Source: Bilabrum cf. latius | Taxonomy: Eukaryota | NCBI GenBank assembly: GCA_965178125.1 | Contig: OZ237756.1 | Location: 124,001 to 188,000 of the forward strand | DNA length: 64,000 nt | Reading direction: 5' to 3' | Part shown: piece after piece, positions 48,216 to 61,900 of the stretch | Numbering within the stretch: position 1 is the first letter of the stretch | How the letters are laid out: each line of letters starts with the position of its first letter | The notes under the pieces: generated by a model | Database searches by the model: none | Told to the model about the DNA's origin: nothing | Seen by the model: only the letters and a program-made list of their open reading frames with translations | Translations under genes and position numbers: made by a program

Positions 48216-50739
48216 TCAGCCCATCATGCCCCCGGGCATGCCTCCCTGCCCATCATCCGGCTTGGAGATCTTGATGAAATCGTCGATCCGCAGCACCGTG
48301 ATGGCCGCCTCGGTGGCGAACCGCAGCTGCTTGACCTTGCTGATGGCCGGCTCAAGCACGCCGGCTGCCAAGTTGTCGCGCACCTGTGTGAGAGAGGAAG
48401 GGAGAAAGCAGCCTTTCGGCAGGATCCTCGAGTTGCTCACGCAATATGCCGAGGCACACGAAAAATAATCGCACCAGGCACACTCAAAAACAAGGGTGCA
48501 AGTGCATTGAATTGCGGCACCGCTCGAAAAGGGCCGCGCCAGGGGTGAGCGAGACGCGGCCCGTCCCTAAGCAGTGCCCCTCCAGCGCTTTGCGACAGGA
48601 GGCCGATGTAGCCCCGGGGCTCGAGCCGCATTCCACGGGTTAAATGCTGGAAGCGGCCCTATTTACCGGGGCGAAGGGGGGGAAGGGGGGATAGGTAGCG
48701 GGACCAGGACCAAGCCATTGCAACAAGCAGGCAGCAAGGCAACAAGCACCAACACAGGCACCAGGCACCCAGCCCAGGCCCTGAAACCGACCAGGACGCG
48801 CACACGCACGCACACTGCAAAGAAATACAAACTGCCGAGCGAACAAGCCCTGCACGCAAACGACAAAAACAAACAAAAAACAAACAAACAATTCGTCTCA
48901 CCTCTCCCTTGACCAAGTCGAGTCCCATGAACCGCATGGTCTCCTTGCCCGACACGGTCTGCGCCGCGTTGTGGAAGGCGCAAAGCTTCGCCACCAGGTC
49001 CGTCGCGTCCTTGGCCGCGTTCACTGCCAGTGTCTTGGGGATGACGAGGAGTGCATCCGCGAACGCCTTGACGGCCAGCTGTTCCCTCGTGCCCAGCGTC
49101 TTGGAGAATGCGTCCAGGTAGACGGCGAGCCCCGCCTCCACGCTGCCCCCGCCCACCACGAGTGACTTGCTCTCAAGCACCCTCTGCACCACGCACAGCA
49201 CGTCGTGGAGGGACCTCTCCATCTCGTCCAGCATGAACTCGTTGGCCCCCCTGAGCACCACGCTGGTGCTCCTCGTGCTCTTGCACCCCTTGAGGAAGAT
49301 GAGCTCCCCGTCTCCCACGCGGTCCTGGGACACCTCCTCCGCCTGCCCGAGGTACCTAGCGTCGAAGGACTCGTCCCCCTCCAGGTCAGCCAGGCTGGGG
49401 ATGACCGTGCCGCCGGTTGCAACCGCGATCCTGCGCAGGTCCTCCTTCTTGACCCTCCGGATGCCCAGCACGCCGGCCTCCACCAGGTACTTCTGGCAGA
49501 GATCGTCCATGGCCTTTGTGGTAAGAATCACGTTGGCCCCCGCATCGATGATCTTGCCGATCTTTTCCTTGGCGATGTCCGCCTCCCTCCTCCTTAGCTC
49601 CTCGATCTTCTCGGGGTCCGTGACCAGCACCTCGATGCCCATGGCCATGCGGTGCACCTGCAGGTTGAAGTCGAGCAGGGCGATCTTCGCGTCGGGGACC
49701 CTAGGAGGCATGGCCGTGGAAGCCCTCACGCAGTTGAGGGCAAACCCAGCCACGAGCTGTGACTCGGTGGCGGACTTGCCGTGTGCCTTGAGGATGTTGA
49801 TGGCCTTGATGGGGTACCTCTCCTTGCCGTCCGCGCCCACCCTGCGGATCCCAGTCACCGCCTCCACCGCGATCTCGGCGAAGAAATCCGCGTGCGTCCC
49901 GATGATCTTGGAGCTCATCGAGGTGCGGGCGGCAGCCATGAGGAAGGAGCGGTCCAGCGCCTTGGTTGGCACTCTGAGGTTCTCCTTGATGAAAGCCTTG
50001 CTCTCACGGAGCGCCAGTCGGTATCCTGCCATGATGCTCGTCGGGTGGATCTTGGCCAGGACCAGGTCGTTCGCTCGTTTGAGGAACTCGGCTGCCAAGA
50101 TGGTCACGCTCGTCGTGCCGTCGCCCACCTCCTTGTCCTGCGTGTCTGCGAGCTCCACCAGCACCTTGGCTGCGGGGTGCTCGACCTCTAGCAATTTCAA
50201 AATCGTTGCGCCGTCATTTGTGACGGTGACTTCTCCAACGTCGTCGACCTGCGCAGCGCGGTGGGACGGGCGGACGTCGAATTCGAAGCGCTTCACGGCC
50301 ACTGGGGCAGCAGCAACATAGTAAAAGTGCAGGTATGCGGGCTTGCAATGCCAAGACGGCTCACTAGCATCTTATCCAATCCTACCGGGCCTAAACTGCT
50401 CTTCACTATGTTTGCGATAGCCATGCAAGCGGTCACTGCGGGGGGCGCAGCTTGAATGTTGCAGTATGTAAAGCTCACAGTGCTGGCAAAGGCGATTCAG
50501 TTGAGCAAGAATCAAAAACGATATATGGCTGTGACAAACGCGCAATCTGCGGCGCTCTTACCATTCTGAGTTCGGACATCCTAGCCTGCGAGACGAGCCA
50601 TTCAAGCGCAAAGCAGCAGGCGTTACGACAAGCTTGTGCAAGGTGGCACGGACGAATACGCTGCCACAACATAGACAAAGTCGGCATAAAACTTACCGGA
50701 TGTCCTTTCACCATCTAGTGCCATCCCTGCGGCCGCCAT
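48216..50739 (-). CDS. TCP1: T-complex protein 1 subunit alpha (CCT1)
   Basis: Exons 50739-50697, 50585-50562, 50435-50365, 50248-48902 and 48383-48216, all with GT-AG introns. They give GERTSG*DVRTQNVTACMAIANIVKSSLGPVGLDKMLVDD, GDGTTSV and FATEAAITVLRIDD. Stop is TGA. Confidence 0.96.
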
Positions 50740-51174
50740 TTTCGAATCGGGCAGGTGCAGCAGATAGCGGCCACATTGATACTGGTTTATCGTATTGTAC
50801 CGTGTTGTTTTCTACCCGACTTAGGCCTAGCCTACCTTCTACGTGCACGCCTCAAGTGAAGCCTGAACTGTTCATGGATAGATAATAAAAGTGTATCTGT
50901 GTGCTTAAGGGGGTTGGCGCTATCAATTCACCCTCTGGTGCGCCATGGGATGCGTGCAAACCTCTTTTATGCTCTCCGAGAGTTCGTTCTACACTGTCAG
51001 GCCCAAGTAAAACTTCTAAACCAAAGGAAATATTTAAAGAAGGTTCTATCTGAGCTCTGAACAAGCGTATCGATGCTGCACAAGGAAGTTGCAGTTGGGG
51101 ATTGTAGCGAGCTGTTTTAACTTTTCTGCGTAAAACCGCCTGTGGTCGGACATAGTTTCTTTCGCCCTTATACC

Positions 51175-52117
51175 ATGCTGTGCAAGAGCTTTGCTGTTGC
51201 AGTTGCAGGAATTTGTTCCGTTACGTTTGCTGCAAACATCAGGGGCAATGCAGACAGCGTGCTTGGTGGATGCGTATCGAGCGATAGCTACGACTACATG
51301 CTCTTGGTTGAGCAGTGGCCACCCGGCGCTTGTGCGCAGTTCGGCTGCAATGTGTCGACGCCGTACTTCACACTGCATGGACTGTGGCCAAACAACAATG
51401 ATGGGACCTACCCGTGCAATTGCAATGGCTAGGCTTTCAACCCGAACGACCTCACAAGCATCGAGTCCGAGCTCAACAAGTATTGGCCGTCGTACAACGG
51501 AGCTAACTCCGGGTTTTGGGATCACGAGTGGACTAAGCATGGTGAGATTACGCTACGTCGATAAAACGTTCGCGGCGTTCAGATCTGTTGGCTATATCAC
51601 GGCCAAGAACGTTCCGCACCCTACCCTGATTGGCTCAAGATGCGGCGGAGCGTATGGCGCACGAACTCACACTGCCACCAGAAAATGCCCTTATGGCTGC
51701 AGCTAGATACAACATAACGTCCGTGGAATGTGCTCGCACCAACCCGATTGACGCTCTGCATGCATGCTCAACTTGCTCGCAGGCACCTGCGCGGTCGCCG
51801 GCGGCCCCGGCGTCCTCACGGACGAGCTGAGCTTCTTCCAGCACACCCTCGACCTCCGGAGCAAGAACGATCTCGCATTTGGCCTCCGGTCGGCCGGTAT
51901 CGTCCCCTCCAACACGCAGTCGTACAGCCTCTCTGACGTGCACGCCGCTATCCAGAAGGCCACCGGGCACACGGGGGCCGTCACCTGCGACGGCAAAGGC
52001 TCCATCTCGAGCATCGTGTCCTGCGTGGGCAAGGACCTCTCCGGCATGGACTGCCCCTCGGCCACTCCAGACCAGTGCAGCCAAAGCAACGTGTACCTAC
52101 GCGCCTCCACCACGTGA
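51175..52117 (+). CDS. Secreted ribonuclease T2
   Basis: Signal peptide; CAS I FTLHGLWP; CAS II FWDHEWTKHGTC across intron 51542-51782. TAG 51430 lies between the two active-site motifs. Stop is TGA. Confidence 0.93.
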
Positions 52118-53126
52118 GTGGGGCACTGGCAGGCAGTGCAGGCAGTGTCGCTCGCGAGGCAACACGAGGTTGAGGGAAAAGGCACGGGCGGTGGGATGGC
52201 GGTATGCTTGGTGGTCACTAGCGCGTTAAGACTGTGAGGTGGGGTCTTTCATGTCACTGCAGTGGAAAGCTCTTTTGTGCAGGCGAGCGCCGGCGATGGA
52301 CCCTGTTCGGCTTGCGTGCAGCTAGCTGCTGTCCGAAGTGCACTCATCTCGTGAGTGTTCGAATGCGTCAAATAGCGTGCTTCGTTGGAAATACGTGAGG
52401 CATGCTTTGGATGCAGTGCTGTCGCCAAAATCCATGGGGCGGACAAGACCTCCACGATCGAGCGGAGCTAGAAAGGCATGTGAAACGATTTGGCCACTCT
52501 GGATGGCCGCACGACTGGTATGGACTAGGCGGTTTGACTTGCAGGTAGCGTGAGGGGTGAGTGGCACGGAAGGCAGCGGCCACCACTTCCCATAATGGTG
52601 TGCGCTTGCGCCTCTATAGAGGCGCAATGTGGAGGGCCAGCCAGTAATCAGGCTTGCCCACCAGAAAGCTTGTTTGCCTTGAGATCATAAGAATGAAATC
52701 ACCTCTTTGCTTTGCTTTGAGAGCTCATGGATGGATTGGCTCGCTCTTCGGGTCGAGGGCAGCAGGCCCACTCGCTGGAATTTGCCACCACACATTTTCG
52801 CGTGGCACTGCACGCCTCCCTCTTGATCAAGACCCATGACAAGGCACCCAAGGGCCTCCTTCGCGCCAATAACTGTACCGGCAAACTCAGTTCATACGGG
52901 TACACGTTTGTCATCGCAAAGCGCAAATAGGATTCGGCTCGCATTGCGACCAGGCCAGGGGCGAACAGTCGCAATCGCAGGCGCGGCGGCGATCAACTGC
53001 ACCGGGGTCGCAGCATAAGTTGCTTGCGAATACCTGTGATCTCACCAGATCTGAAGCCGAGATCAAGGCCATTAAACGCACCATTTCTTGAAACTTCACC
53101 ACGCTGGCCTCTGCTACGTCAGAAGT

Positions 53127-55382
53127 ATGGGATGCGCGGCATCTACGCCAGCTGCGCTGGGCTGCACCGCCGAAGTGGAGACCGAACGAAGGGTACGTCG
53201 TGTATCGCTTTGCAGACTATGCTTCACAATGCGAGGTTGTCAATTCAATTATCACAATCATGCTGTGGTGATCCATGTGGTTTTTCATTCTTTGCAGAGC
53301 ACGACGGGAGCCTTGCAGTCTGCAACTAAAGCCAGCGATTCGGTCGAGTGGTGCCCAGGTGACAACACGAAGCAGCTAAGGACATCATCCATCCATACTG
53401 GTATCGATTGCGAACAAGACACATCTGATCGTGCAAAACAGAGCGATTAGACGGGGCGTTACCGCGTGAATCGCGACTAGTTTCCCTGCTCACAAGAACG
53501 ATCGCTATCTCCAAGCCAAGCTGGTATCTTGTACAGTTACTGGGCAGTCTGCATACAACGGACGCCATCTTCGAGGGTTTCATTCGCTCCCGGCGCACCA
53601 GACACAAGCATCGTAGTGTCATGGTTCAGCGAAGCGGACACGAAACTTGAAGCGGTCAGACTGCTCCAAGGTCAACAAACCTCGCCTCTGCCGGCAGATG
53701 CAGACCTAGATACTAAAACTCCTACAAGTACTTTCAAAGACAGCAGTACGGAAGTTTCAACAAAAGGAATGGTTGCAGGGTGGGGCCTCTCATCAGCTGA
53801 GAAGGCAGAGTGCGGTATATCCGCCCCGAGCCTATTGCACGTGTCGCCGGTAGGAAATTTTGATTATTCGAGTGATACACAAGCCTGCACCGGGAACTTT
53901 CGAGGCACGGAGCATCATAATTTATCTGCTGGGATGGCCGCGCCCGACAGATTCAACGCTGAGAGGCTCCGCTCCGAACTGAGGCTGAGAGACTTGACGC
54001 ATACCCGAACGCAGATAGCGGTGGCTAGCACGACCGAAATGCAGGTTCCTTCGCATTGCTTCCCGTTGCCCCGGGGGCTCAGAGCTCGGCCTGTAGGCGT
54101 GGCGGTAGATGCCCGGCGGCGGCCGGCGTAGGCCAAACCGGAATAGCCGGGTGCCGGCCAGCCTGAGGTTGGGTGTGGCAATGACCGTCCCCCAGTGCTT
54201 TCCAACCTACCAGAATACCCTGATGAGGAAGGGGGTCCGGACTTAGATGACTAGAATCATGTCCCACATATGCCCGGCATGGAGGTGGGAGCCGGCGCCG
54301 GAGGGGCAGGGCAAACGGAGGGGCAGGCATCTGCCAGTAGCATCTCAGACCGCAGCCGAACAGGGACAGGCAGCTTCGTAGACATGCGGCTGAGCAGCCC
54401 GTCGGATGCCAGCTTCACGAGTTTCTTCGGAAAAGCTGTCGGCAAGAAGGGGTAGAGCAAGACCAGCGAACTTTCATTGGGGTTGGCTTAGAAGGTCTCC
54501 TCTGGCGCACTCGGCAGGTCCAAGGCCGGGGGCAAGACCACGGGCAAGGGCTGGGCAAGAGCAGCAGGAGGAGGCTCAGCACACCCGCCCGCGGCAGCAG
54601 CTACACTTATCTAGGAACAAGGACCTAGAGCAACACCAGGAACATGGGCAAGGACAGGGACAGCGATAGACAATCGCGGCTCACTAGCAGCGGTGAGTGC
54701 CCCATCTCCACTTCCTTCCAACCAACGGCCGCCCCCGAGTCCATCACCTCCGAAACAAATCTCCAAAGTGAAGCCGTCGCACCGTGTGAGGCGCTTCAGC
54801 ACCCGGGCACATGATTGTTGGGCCACAGAACTGCCACAACCTGCTGCTGCGGAACCAGCCGTACGCGATGGCTACTATCGGTTGTGCCCCGCGGAGGTGC
54901 TTGTTCCCCAGGGAGCCGACCTTCACTTGTTCCGATCGGGGCACACCCGCAGCCAGTCCGCGTTCAGGGGGGGGCGAAGGGACAGCGGCCGGCCAGAGGT
55001 AATCTCGCGGTGGAGGTCTGATTAGTACGCTGGGACTGCTGGGTTTAGTGGTCCCAGCGCCGGCGCGGGTTCTTCAGGCGACTACAACTTGCGACTAGAT
55101 CATGACAGACAGCGCGAGAGCGTAATGTCAACTAAAGGTAGAGGCCAAGGGCGCTGGAGGAGAGAGGCAGGCAGCATGCCAGTGGGGGGCGCCGGTGGTG
55201 CACGTGGGGAAGTAGGAAGGACTGCTCCCCTGCGGCCGCTCTTCCTGCTGCGGCTGCCAGGGCCCGTGTGGCCCTGGCTGCTCCGACGGGAGGATTTCCT
55301 CCGGAAGCTGCGCAAGTTCCTTGGTCTTGCCACACTGGTTCTAGTCCGCTTCGATGTGCGCATCGGATTGGGAGGCAAGTGA
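53127..55382 (+). CDS. Uncharacterised protein, paralogue A (MGCAAS acylation-type start, conserved N- and C-terminal blocks)
   Basis: ORFs 53088..53450, 53529..54131, 54270..54455, 54693..55025 and 55089..55382 form one frame joined by TAGs. Probable intron 53193-53297. Similar to 55673..58525. Confidence 0.7.
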
Positions 55383-55672
55383 TCGTGCCGCTCGCATTGA
55401 ATTACGTGGCTCGCATCCGAAAAGGCTCACCAATACATTCACTGTAACTAATTTAACAATACTGGTTGGTTTTTTATGGCATCTATCCCTTCAAGAGTAA
55501 GCTTGACCGAATTGACTGCAAGGAAAAATGTGGTGACGCCGAATATTTCTTGAAGATGAAGCAAACAATTGTGGCACCAAAAGTCGAGCGACCTTCCCAG
55601 ATCGTTGCGACTGCATTGGCGACTTCGCGAGCGTCTATAGTGAACAGAACGGTACATCACATACATTTTGTT

Positions 55673-58525
55673 ATGGGATGCTGCTCGTCTGCACATGAAA
55701 GCCGGGTACACGTGAGTAATGTTCATTTGAATGTTTGTTTCCCTGGACGAGCAGGCTTGCTTGAATGTCATCCACCACATCGCCAGCTGACTGCACGCAT
55801 CGCAGATCAATCATCCGCATTTAGATGATAGCTCAAACACATCTACTGGATCACCGTAAGCCAATGCTATCTCAAAAAGGCAAGAAGGATGCGTCTCTTC
55901 ACCAATCGCGATACTTGAACTGATCGATGCATCCATGCCTGAGTTCGCAGGCATCGTATCAATTGTGTCGACTTCCCGCGGCCTAAAGATGAAGTTCATT
56001 CGTGCTGGTCCGACAAAGCTCCTGCTACCAGCCTGTGGCTGCTGAGTGTTCCGTAGCAAGACAAGCGCAGGGTGCTCTTCGCTCCTCGCTCTCGCGAGAA
56101 AGACATGCTCGAGACATGGTTGAATCGAATCAATCATGCAATATAGCGTGTACTGGACGATCGGATGGCACGAGCAAATCGCTCTGGTGCTGCACGCTCT
56201 GGCAGCCTTGTACAGGAGGGAGCCGCAGCCGAACATGAGCACAGCGCGGACATGCAGCGGATAGCGAGCGCGTTGGCTGCAGTAGCTCCTGTCGTCTCGC
56301 TGGCAGCTCCTGGTGGAGACATATCAAGCAGTGATCGCTGGCCATGGGAGCCGCAGTCGCCGGGGTCAATTCTGCTCCGACACGGCCAATACGCCGGTAA
56401 TGGACGGTAGAATGCCGAAGCTATCGGTCCGGTAAAGACCAAGCAAAATGCGAGCCAGACAGGCGCTAAAAACACACCCAAGCTCAAACGATTAATACAT
56501 CATCTGCTGCGTGGTCTTTCAGGGACCTTCGGCAACCTGCAGCCCACGAGCCCCATCCCGGAGCAGCGGAATTCGAACTTGCAGCAGCACGGCCGAGCTG
56601 TGGCAGAAGCGGGGTCCGAAGACGCTCAGTTGCACCAGCCGATGTTCGCATGGAGGCTCTCGAACGTCCTTGCCGTGCCATGCTCCATGGCTCCCGCGGA
56701 CGACGGGCCGTGGTCCGACCCCGGCTCCTCCGAGTCGCTCCCTGCGAGCACTCGGCCAAAGGGGCAGGCGAGGGCACAGGAGCGCGCAGTCGCAGTTTGG
56801 GCCTCTCCCCGGCAGCAGACAGGTGGCTCAGTTGGCGCCTCCTCGCTGGCTGCTCGAACCAAAATAGAGCTCGCCTCTCAACCAAGCGCGAGGGCAACCA
56901 ACGGACCGACCGACGTGCTGGTGGCAGTGTCAGGTTCCTCCTCCCTGCCTTCAATGAGGCAGTCGACAAGGCGGCCCCGCCGGTCATGCCTCAAGGGCAG
57001 CAGGGCCTAGGCATCCAGCGGCAGCAGGTCTTCCACTCACAGCAGCAGCTCCAGCTGGAGCTCCTCGAGTCGTGCAGCAGCAGAGACCCATGCGGCTGTG
57101 TCGGCGGCAGTGGGGGGCGAGAGCCACGCGTCTGCAGCCCCCGGTGCTGCCCTGCTCCCTGCCGGTGCGAGCGAGAGCTTGATGATGGGGGCTGGTCTCC
57201 GGTCTAGCCTAAGGCTTCCTTCTGGGTCAGGATCAGGATCAGGATCGGGGTCAGGGTCGGGGTCTGGTGGCAGCTCCGAGCATCGCACGCTGTCGGATGG
57301 GGGGCTCAAGCGGCTGATCGCGGCGTAGTGGTCGGATACCGGGGGAGGGGATGCTTGCACGCGCGGGGATGCTTGCGCGTGCAAGCGGGGCGTGCGGGTG
57401 CCAAGGGCGATGCTTCTTCCTGACAGCACCGATGATGATGATGATGATGATGACACGCAGTAGCAATCGCAAGATGACGGTGACGGCGCATAGGAGGCGG
57501 TCAAGGCGGTTCAGATCGAAATATCGTCCGAGCTGCCGGGAACCAAGAGTGCCGCAACAGGAGGAGAACAGGGTGGAAGCGGCAGTGCCCTACCACGGCA
57601 CACGAGGTGGGGCGAAGCGCAGAACCCCACGGCCGCGGGCGAAGGTAGATCCTCCAGCTCGACCGGGGCCCGCTCCTCCTCCGCAGTCAAGGTGTCTGCC
57701 TCCTTCCGTGGAATCATGGAGAAAAAGGGCCCCGAGTCCATGAGCACAGTCTTCGCCAGACAGCCCTCGGATTCGAGCAGCTTGGTGGGCACTGACGTGC
57801 ACAGCCAGCGGGTCGGGGCGGGCGGGACCACCCTCACTGGGCGCGGGGGCTCAGACCGGGGACAATCTGGATTCGACCGAATACCCACGAGTCTAGCGAC
57901 AAGACCGCTATCCCGCGGCAACAGCCAGGCGTCTGGCCGTGCCATGAAGATGAAGAGAGCAATCGCTGGCACGCCTCCGCCTTCGGAGACTGCGGGCGAT
58001 CCGCCCACCGGAGCGGGGGCCAAGCTTGGGGTTAAGCTACAGGCGGGCGGCAGTGCAAAGGGTAAGGGCAGCGCCCCCGGCCCCATGGCGGCCTCGGTGA
58101 CCATGCTACCGGTAGAGGCCTTCTTCGTGGACAAGGGGTCCAGGAATAAGGCCTCTCAGGCTGGGGCGCCTGGTCGTGCCAGCGGCGGAGGGGGGGAGAG
58201 AGGGGTGCACGCGCCTGGGGACGGCAAGGCAGGCAAGCAAGCGAGCGGATCAGGAGCAGGCGATGCAGGATCCAGTGGTGCAGATGAAAAGGGGGGCACC
58301 ACTACCGCTGGCACTAGCGTCGCCACCGCCACGCTGGAGCGGGGCCGGCTGCCCGACCTGCGGGTGAGCCCGCTCTTCCTGATCCGGCTGCCAGGGACGG
58401 CCTGGCCGGACCTGCTGCGGCGACCGGCCTTTTTGCGCGTGTTCAAGAGGTACCTGGGCCTCGGTCAGATGGTCTTGCTTCGGCTTGAGGAGTACGCGTG
58501 CCGCTGCACTGCAATGCACGGTTGA
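55673..58525 (+). CDS. Uncharacterised protein, paralogue B (MGCCSS start)
   Basis: Predicted exons 55673-55711, 55806-55855 and 55951-58525 (donors GTGAGT and GTAAGC; CGCAG acceptors). The last exon is one frame with only TAG interruptions and ends at TGA. Confidence 0.7.
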
Positions 58526-58974
58526 CGTGGTCGCTGCATTCAGCAGTTGTCGCTGTGTTATCCTCTTGTCGTTGTGAAACCATTTGCAATACCAGTGCAT
58601 TAGTGAAAAGGTTACATTGTGGAACAATTTCATACTCTCTGGCACCGTATTCTCTGTAATTTTGCCTATCTTCTGTGGTGTCACGTGAGTGGTTGCAACC
58701 GCACCAATCCACCGATGGCGGGTTCGCGACCCGAGCTGTTCTCTGCCACGTATACAGCTAGACTGAGCACACAGTGAATTTAGGACCTAAGGCAGTATCT
58801 AACTTTGAGGCTTTTCAGAGTACTGTTTCGACTTCCACGACGATCAACGCAAGGGCCACGGGAGGACCAAACTTGCAAAACAGATAAGGCAGTCGACGGC
58901 CCGATCACCAAGAATATTGAGGAAGATACGTCCAATTACCTAGGGTTTGAACGCAGAATCCATCATAAAGACAT

Positions 58975-61900
58975 ATGTCATACCAACAAAGCCGACCTGA
59001 GCAAGAGGGATCGCAAGTTGGCTTTAGTATGAGAGATCAAGCAGGCCTTCAGGATACCCAGAAAACCTCTGGGTCTAGTTTTCAGGAGCTATTTAGGGCA
59101 TCACAAGTAGGATTGTTTGGCTTGGGATTCGTGTTGATTAAAGCTCAAGGCGTGAGGACCAAATTGTGCAGAGGAGGAGTGCCTCTTAGTTTGTTAGGCG
59201 ACACGCGGCACTTTGGGTATTCCTGGTTCCCACACCTTTCCATCGCAGCCCATCACGATTACGTTCATTCTCTCGTACATCATTGATATTGCACAGATCC
59301 TGTCTTTCCCGCTGAGCGATAACCCTCGACTGCCATGGAGAGGCTCAACTGGTCTTGGTCCGATCTCAGCAACTCTGTCATATGTCTCGGCAACAATTAC
59401 TGCGAGGGAAAATGCCGTGGTCTTCATTCCTATCCTGGTGCTGGTCATGATTTGGACCACCATGTATATTGCCTTGGCATTTACAGTTGCTGTGCGATTC
59501 AGCCAGGACTAGCCACAGCAAGAGCTATCCTTAAAAATCCTGCGAGCCGTCACACAGTTGTCAAGTGGGCCTCTGTACATTCCCATATCTACAGTACTGC
59601 TGTAGGCAATGCCATGCAATGGATCCAGCTGGCTTGGTACAGGGCTAGCGTGCCCAAGTGCATGGCACGGGGTCATTGCATTTATTTTGGGCATGGCTTT
59701 GCTAGGCGTGTCGTCGTTGGCAGTATTTTCATCGCTCATATGGGTGGATAGATCGCCGGCGTCGCAAAGCTGGGGCGCACGGCAGCATGGACGATATGGA
59801 GCTGCGATGATTGCGACCAAGCTGATCTTGGGCTTTTGCTACGCAGTTCTGAACGAACAGCTCGTTGGCACCGTCTTCATGGCGGTCGTGCTCATGACCC
59901 TCGGCATCGCCCAGGCGTACTTTCACGCTGCTGCCCCTGCTTTTGTACACCGGGACGTAAATGCTATGTATGCGGGAGGTGGATGTGCACTATTTTGTGC
60001 CTCGTTCTGCCTTCTAATTGCGCAACTGTTTGGACCAGAACAAGCCTACCTGTGCGTCTTCGTCGGCGTGCCTCTCGCGTTTGCGGCCGGCTTCTTCGCA
60101 ACTAGGAGAAGATTGGATCAGATTGGAAGAGGGCATTTGCGGCAGTGCTAGTCCCTCGCAGACGTGCACGTGTGGGCTCGCCGCCGCATGCAGAGGTACG
60201 CCGCGCTGAAGGCACTGGCAGAGCGCATCAGCGCAAACGACGGCATGGACGGACGCGGCCGCGCTGGAAGTCGCCACCCGGCTGGCCGGAATGCGCTTAT
60301 GACCTTTTAGCGCGAGTTGGACTCTAATGTTGCCAGCAACTGGAATATGGGCGTTGGTGACAGCTCTAACAGTGATGGAGAGGACAGCATCCACGCAGAC
60401 GGCGTGGCTAGCCGAGTCTCTGGCGGTTCCACAGTGGCTCGAGATGTAGACGTTTCACACGCTACATCAGCGGCGGGTGCACCTGGTCGTGCTCGACAAC
60501 GGAACCACGGGCATGGCGAGAAGCTTGGCGCCGGTGTGCCTGCCGCGCGTGGGGTGTGCTTGCTGGTGGCGGATACCCTGGATGCGCTAGATCTGCAAGC
60601 AGAACTCAAGCAAGCAGAAACTGAGGCGGAGAGGGGCTACCAGTACGGCATGGAGCGGTACAGCCAAGACGAGATGGCTTTCATACAGTACGGAGTCTTC
60701 GTGCGTCATTTTGTTCCATTCAGCTACCTCGAATGCTGCGCTCTGAACCGGGCTCTGAAGCTGAGGCCAAGGGTAGACTCGTAGTTCTTCAGTAAGTCGA
60801 CATCCAGAAGGCGCACTCGCAAAAAACGCGTGATTTGCTCAATCGTTATATTTCAGCATCCTAGTGTGCCCTGTTCTTGCCGTTCGAATTGCTACTCACC
60901 GCAGTCTACACCAGAATCCGAGCGTTGCGGGAATCTGACGGCAGTGGCCTCAGCCCCGTGGATCGTGTTCTCTTCGATGGCGCATTCAAGGAAGTCATGC
61001 AGATGCGGTTGAAGGTGTACCGTGATATGTCTACCCTGTGGGACGTCGTCGGATCGGCAGTGCCTGACATGGCCATCGCGATAGAGAAGGGCATGTCGAT
61101 CAAGGAAACCTTGGAGAGAACCGACGGCGCCTTCCGCCGACTCATGGCCATCAACCCGGAGAACACGGCCGTTCTTCGGTCGCTGGCCATGCACCTGACA
61201 CAACTTCGCTCCTAGCCTGTCAAAGCAGCCGAGCTCCTAAACAAGGCAAATCGCATCGAGGAAGCCTCCCGCAAGCAGCGCACCAAGGTGATGCAGACCA
61301 TCGAATTCGGGGCCTCCACGCAGGCCCACTCCGTGCTGGAGGACGGGGTGCCCATCGTCACCATCAGCGGGAGCGCGTTGCCCGGTTCCACCACAAAGCT
61401 GGGCGAGATTGTGCACGCGAATCTGGCGGCTGCGAGGATGTTCCAGTACGGTCCCTCGCAGCTGCTGGGCTAGAATGTGTCGATCATCGTGCCACCGCCC
61501 ATCGACGCGATCCATGACGGCCTCATTTCCGGGTTTGGCCGCAAGAAGCGATCCGAGGTTGTGAACAAGACAAGATTGGTTTTTGGGCAGCGCAAGTCCG
61601 GCTTTATCTTCCCGATGTGGCTGCAAGTGAAAGAATCGCCTCCGGATGAAGACACAGCCGAGCCAAGGTTCACAGCGGTGCTGCATGAGGTGGCGACCCA
61701 GCAGGAATTCATCATATTTGGGGGGTCCAGAGTACAGTTTCGGGTGTACGGATGCAGCTCGAACGCTGTGGACATTCTTGGCTCCGATCACGAGAGCATC
61801 AGCGCCGGAGATGTGTCCATGATCGACCGCTTCCCCTCCTTGGACACCTCATACCATGGCAGTGTGACTCTCACAGAGGCAGACGTGAAAGCAGCGGAGG

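Noticed and set aside
48659-48901. Hydrophobic/Cys-rich C-terminal extension of CCT1 in the ORF track
   Set aside because: It is read-through into intron 48901-48384; the true conserved C-terminus is exon 48383-48216.
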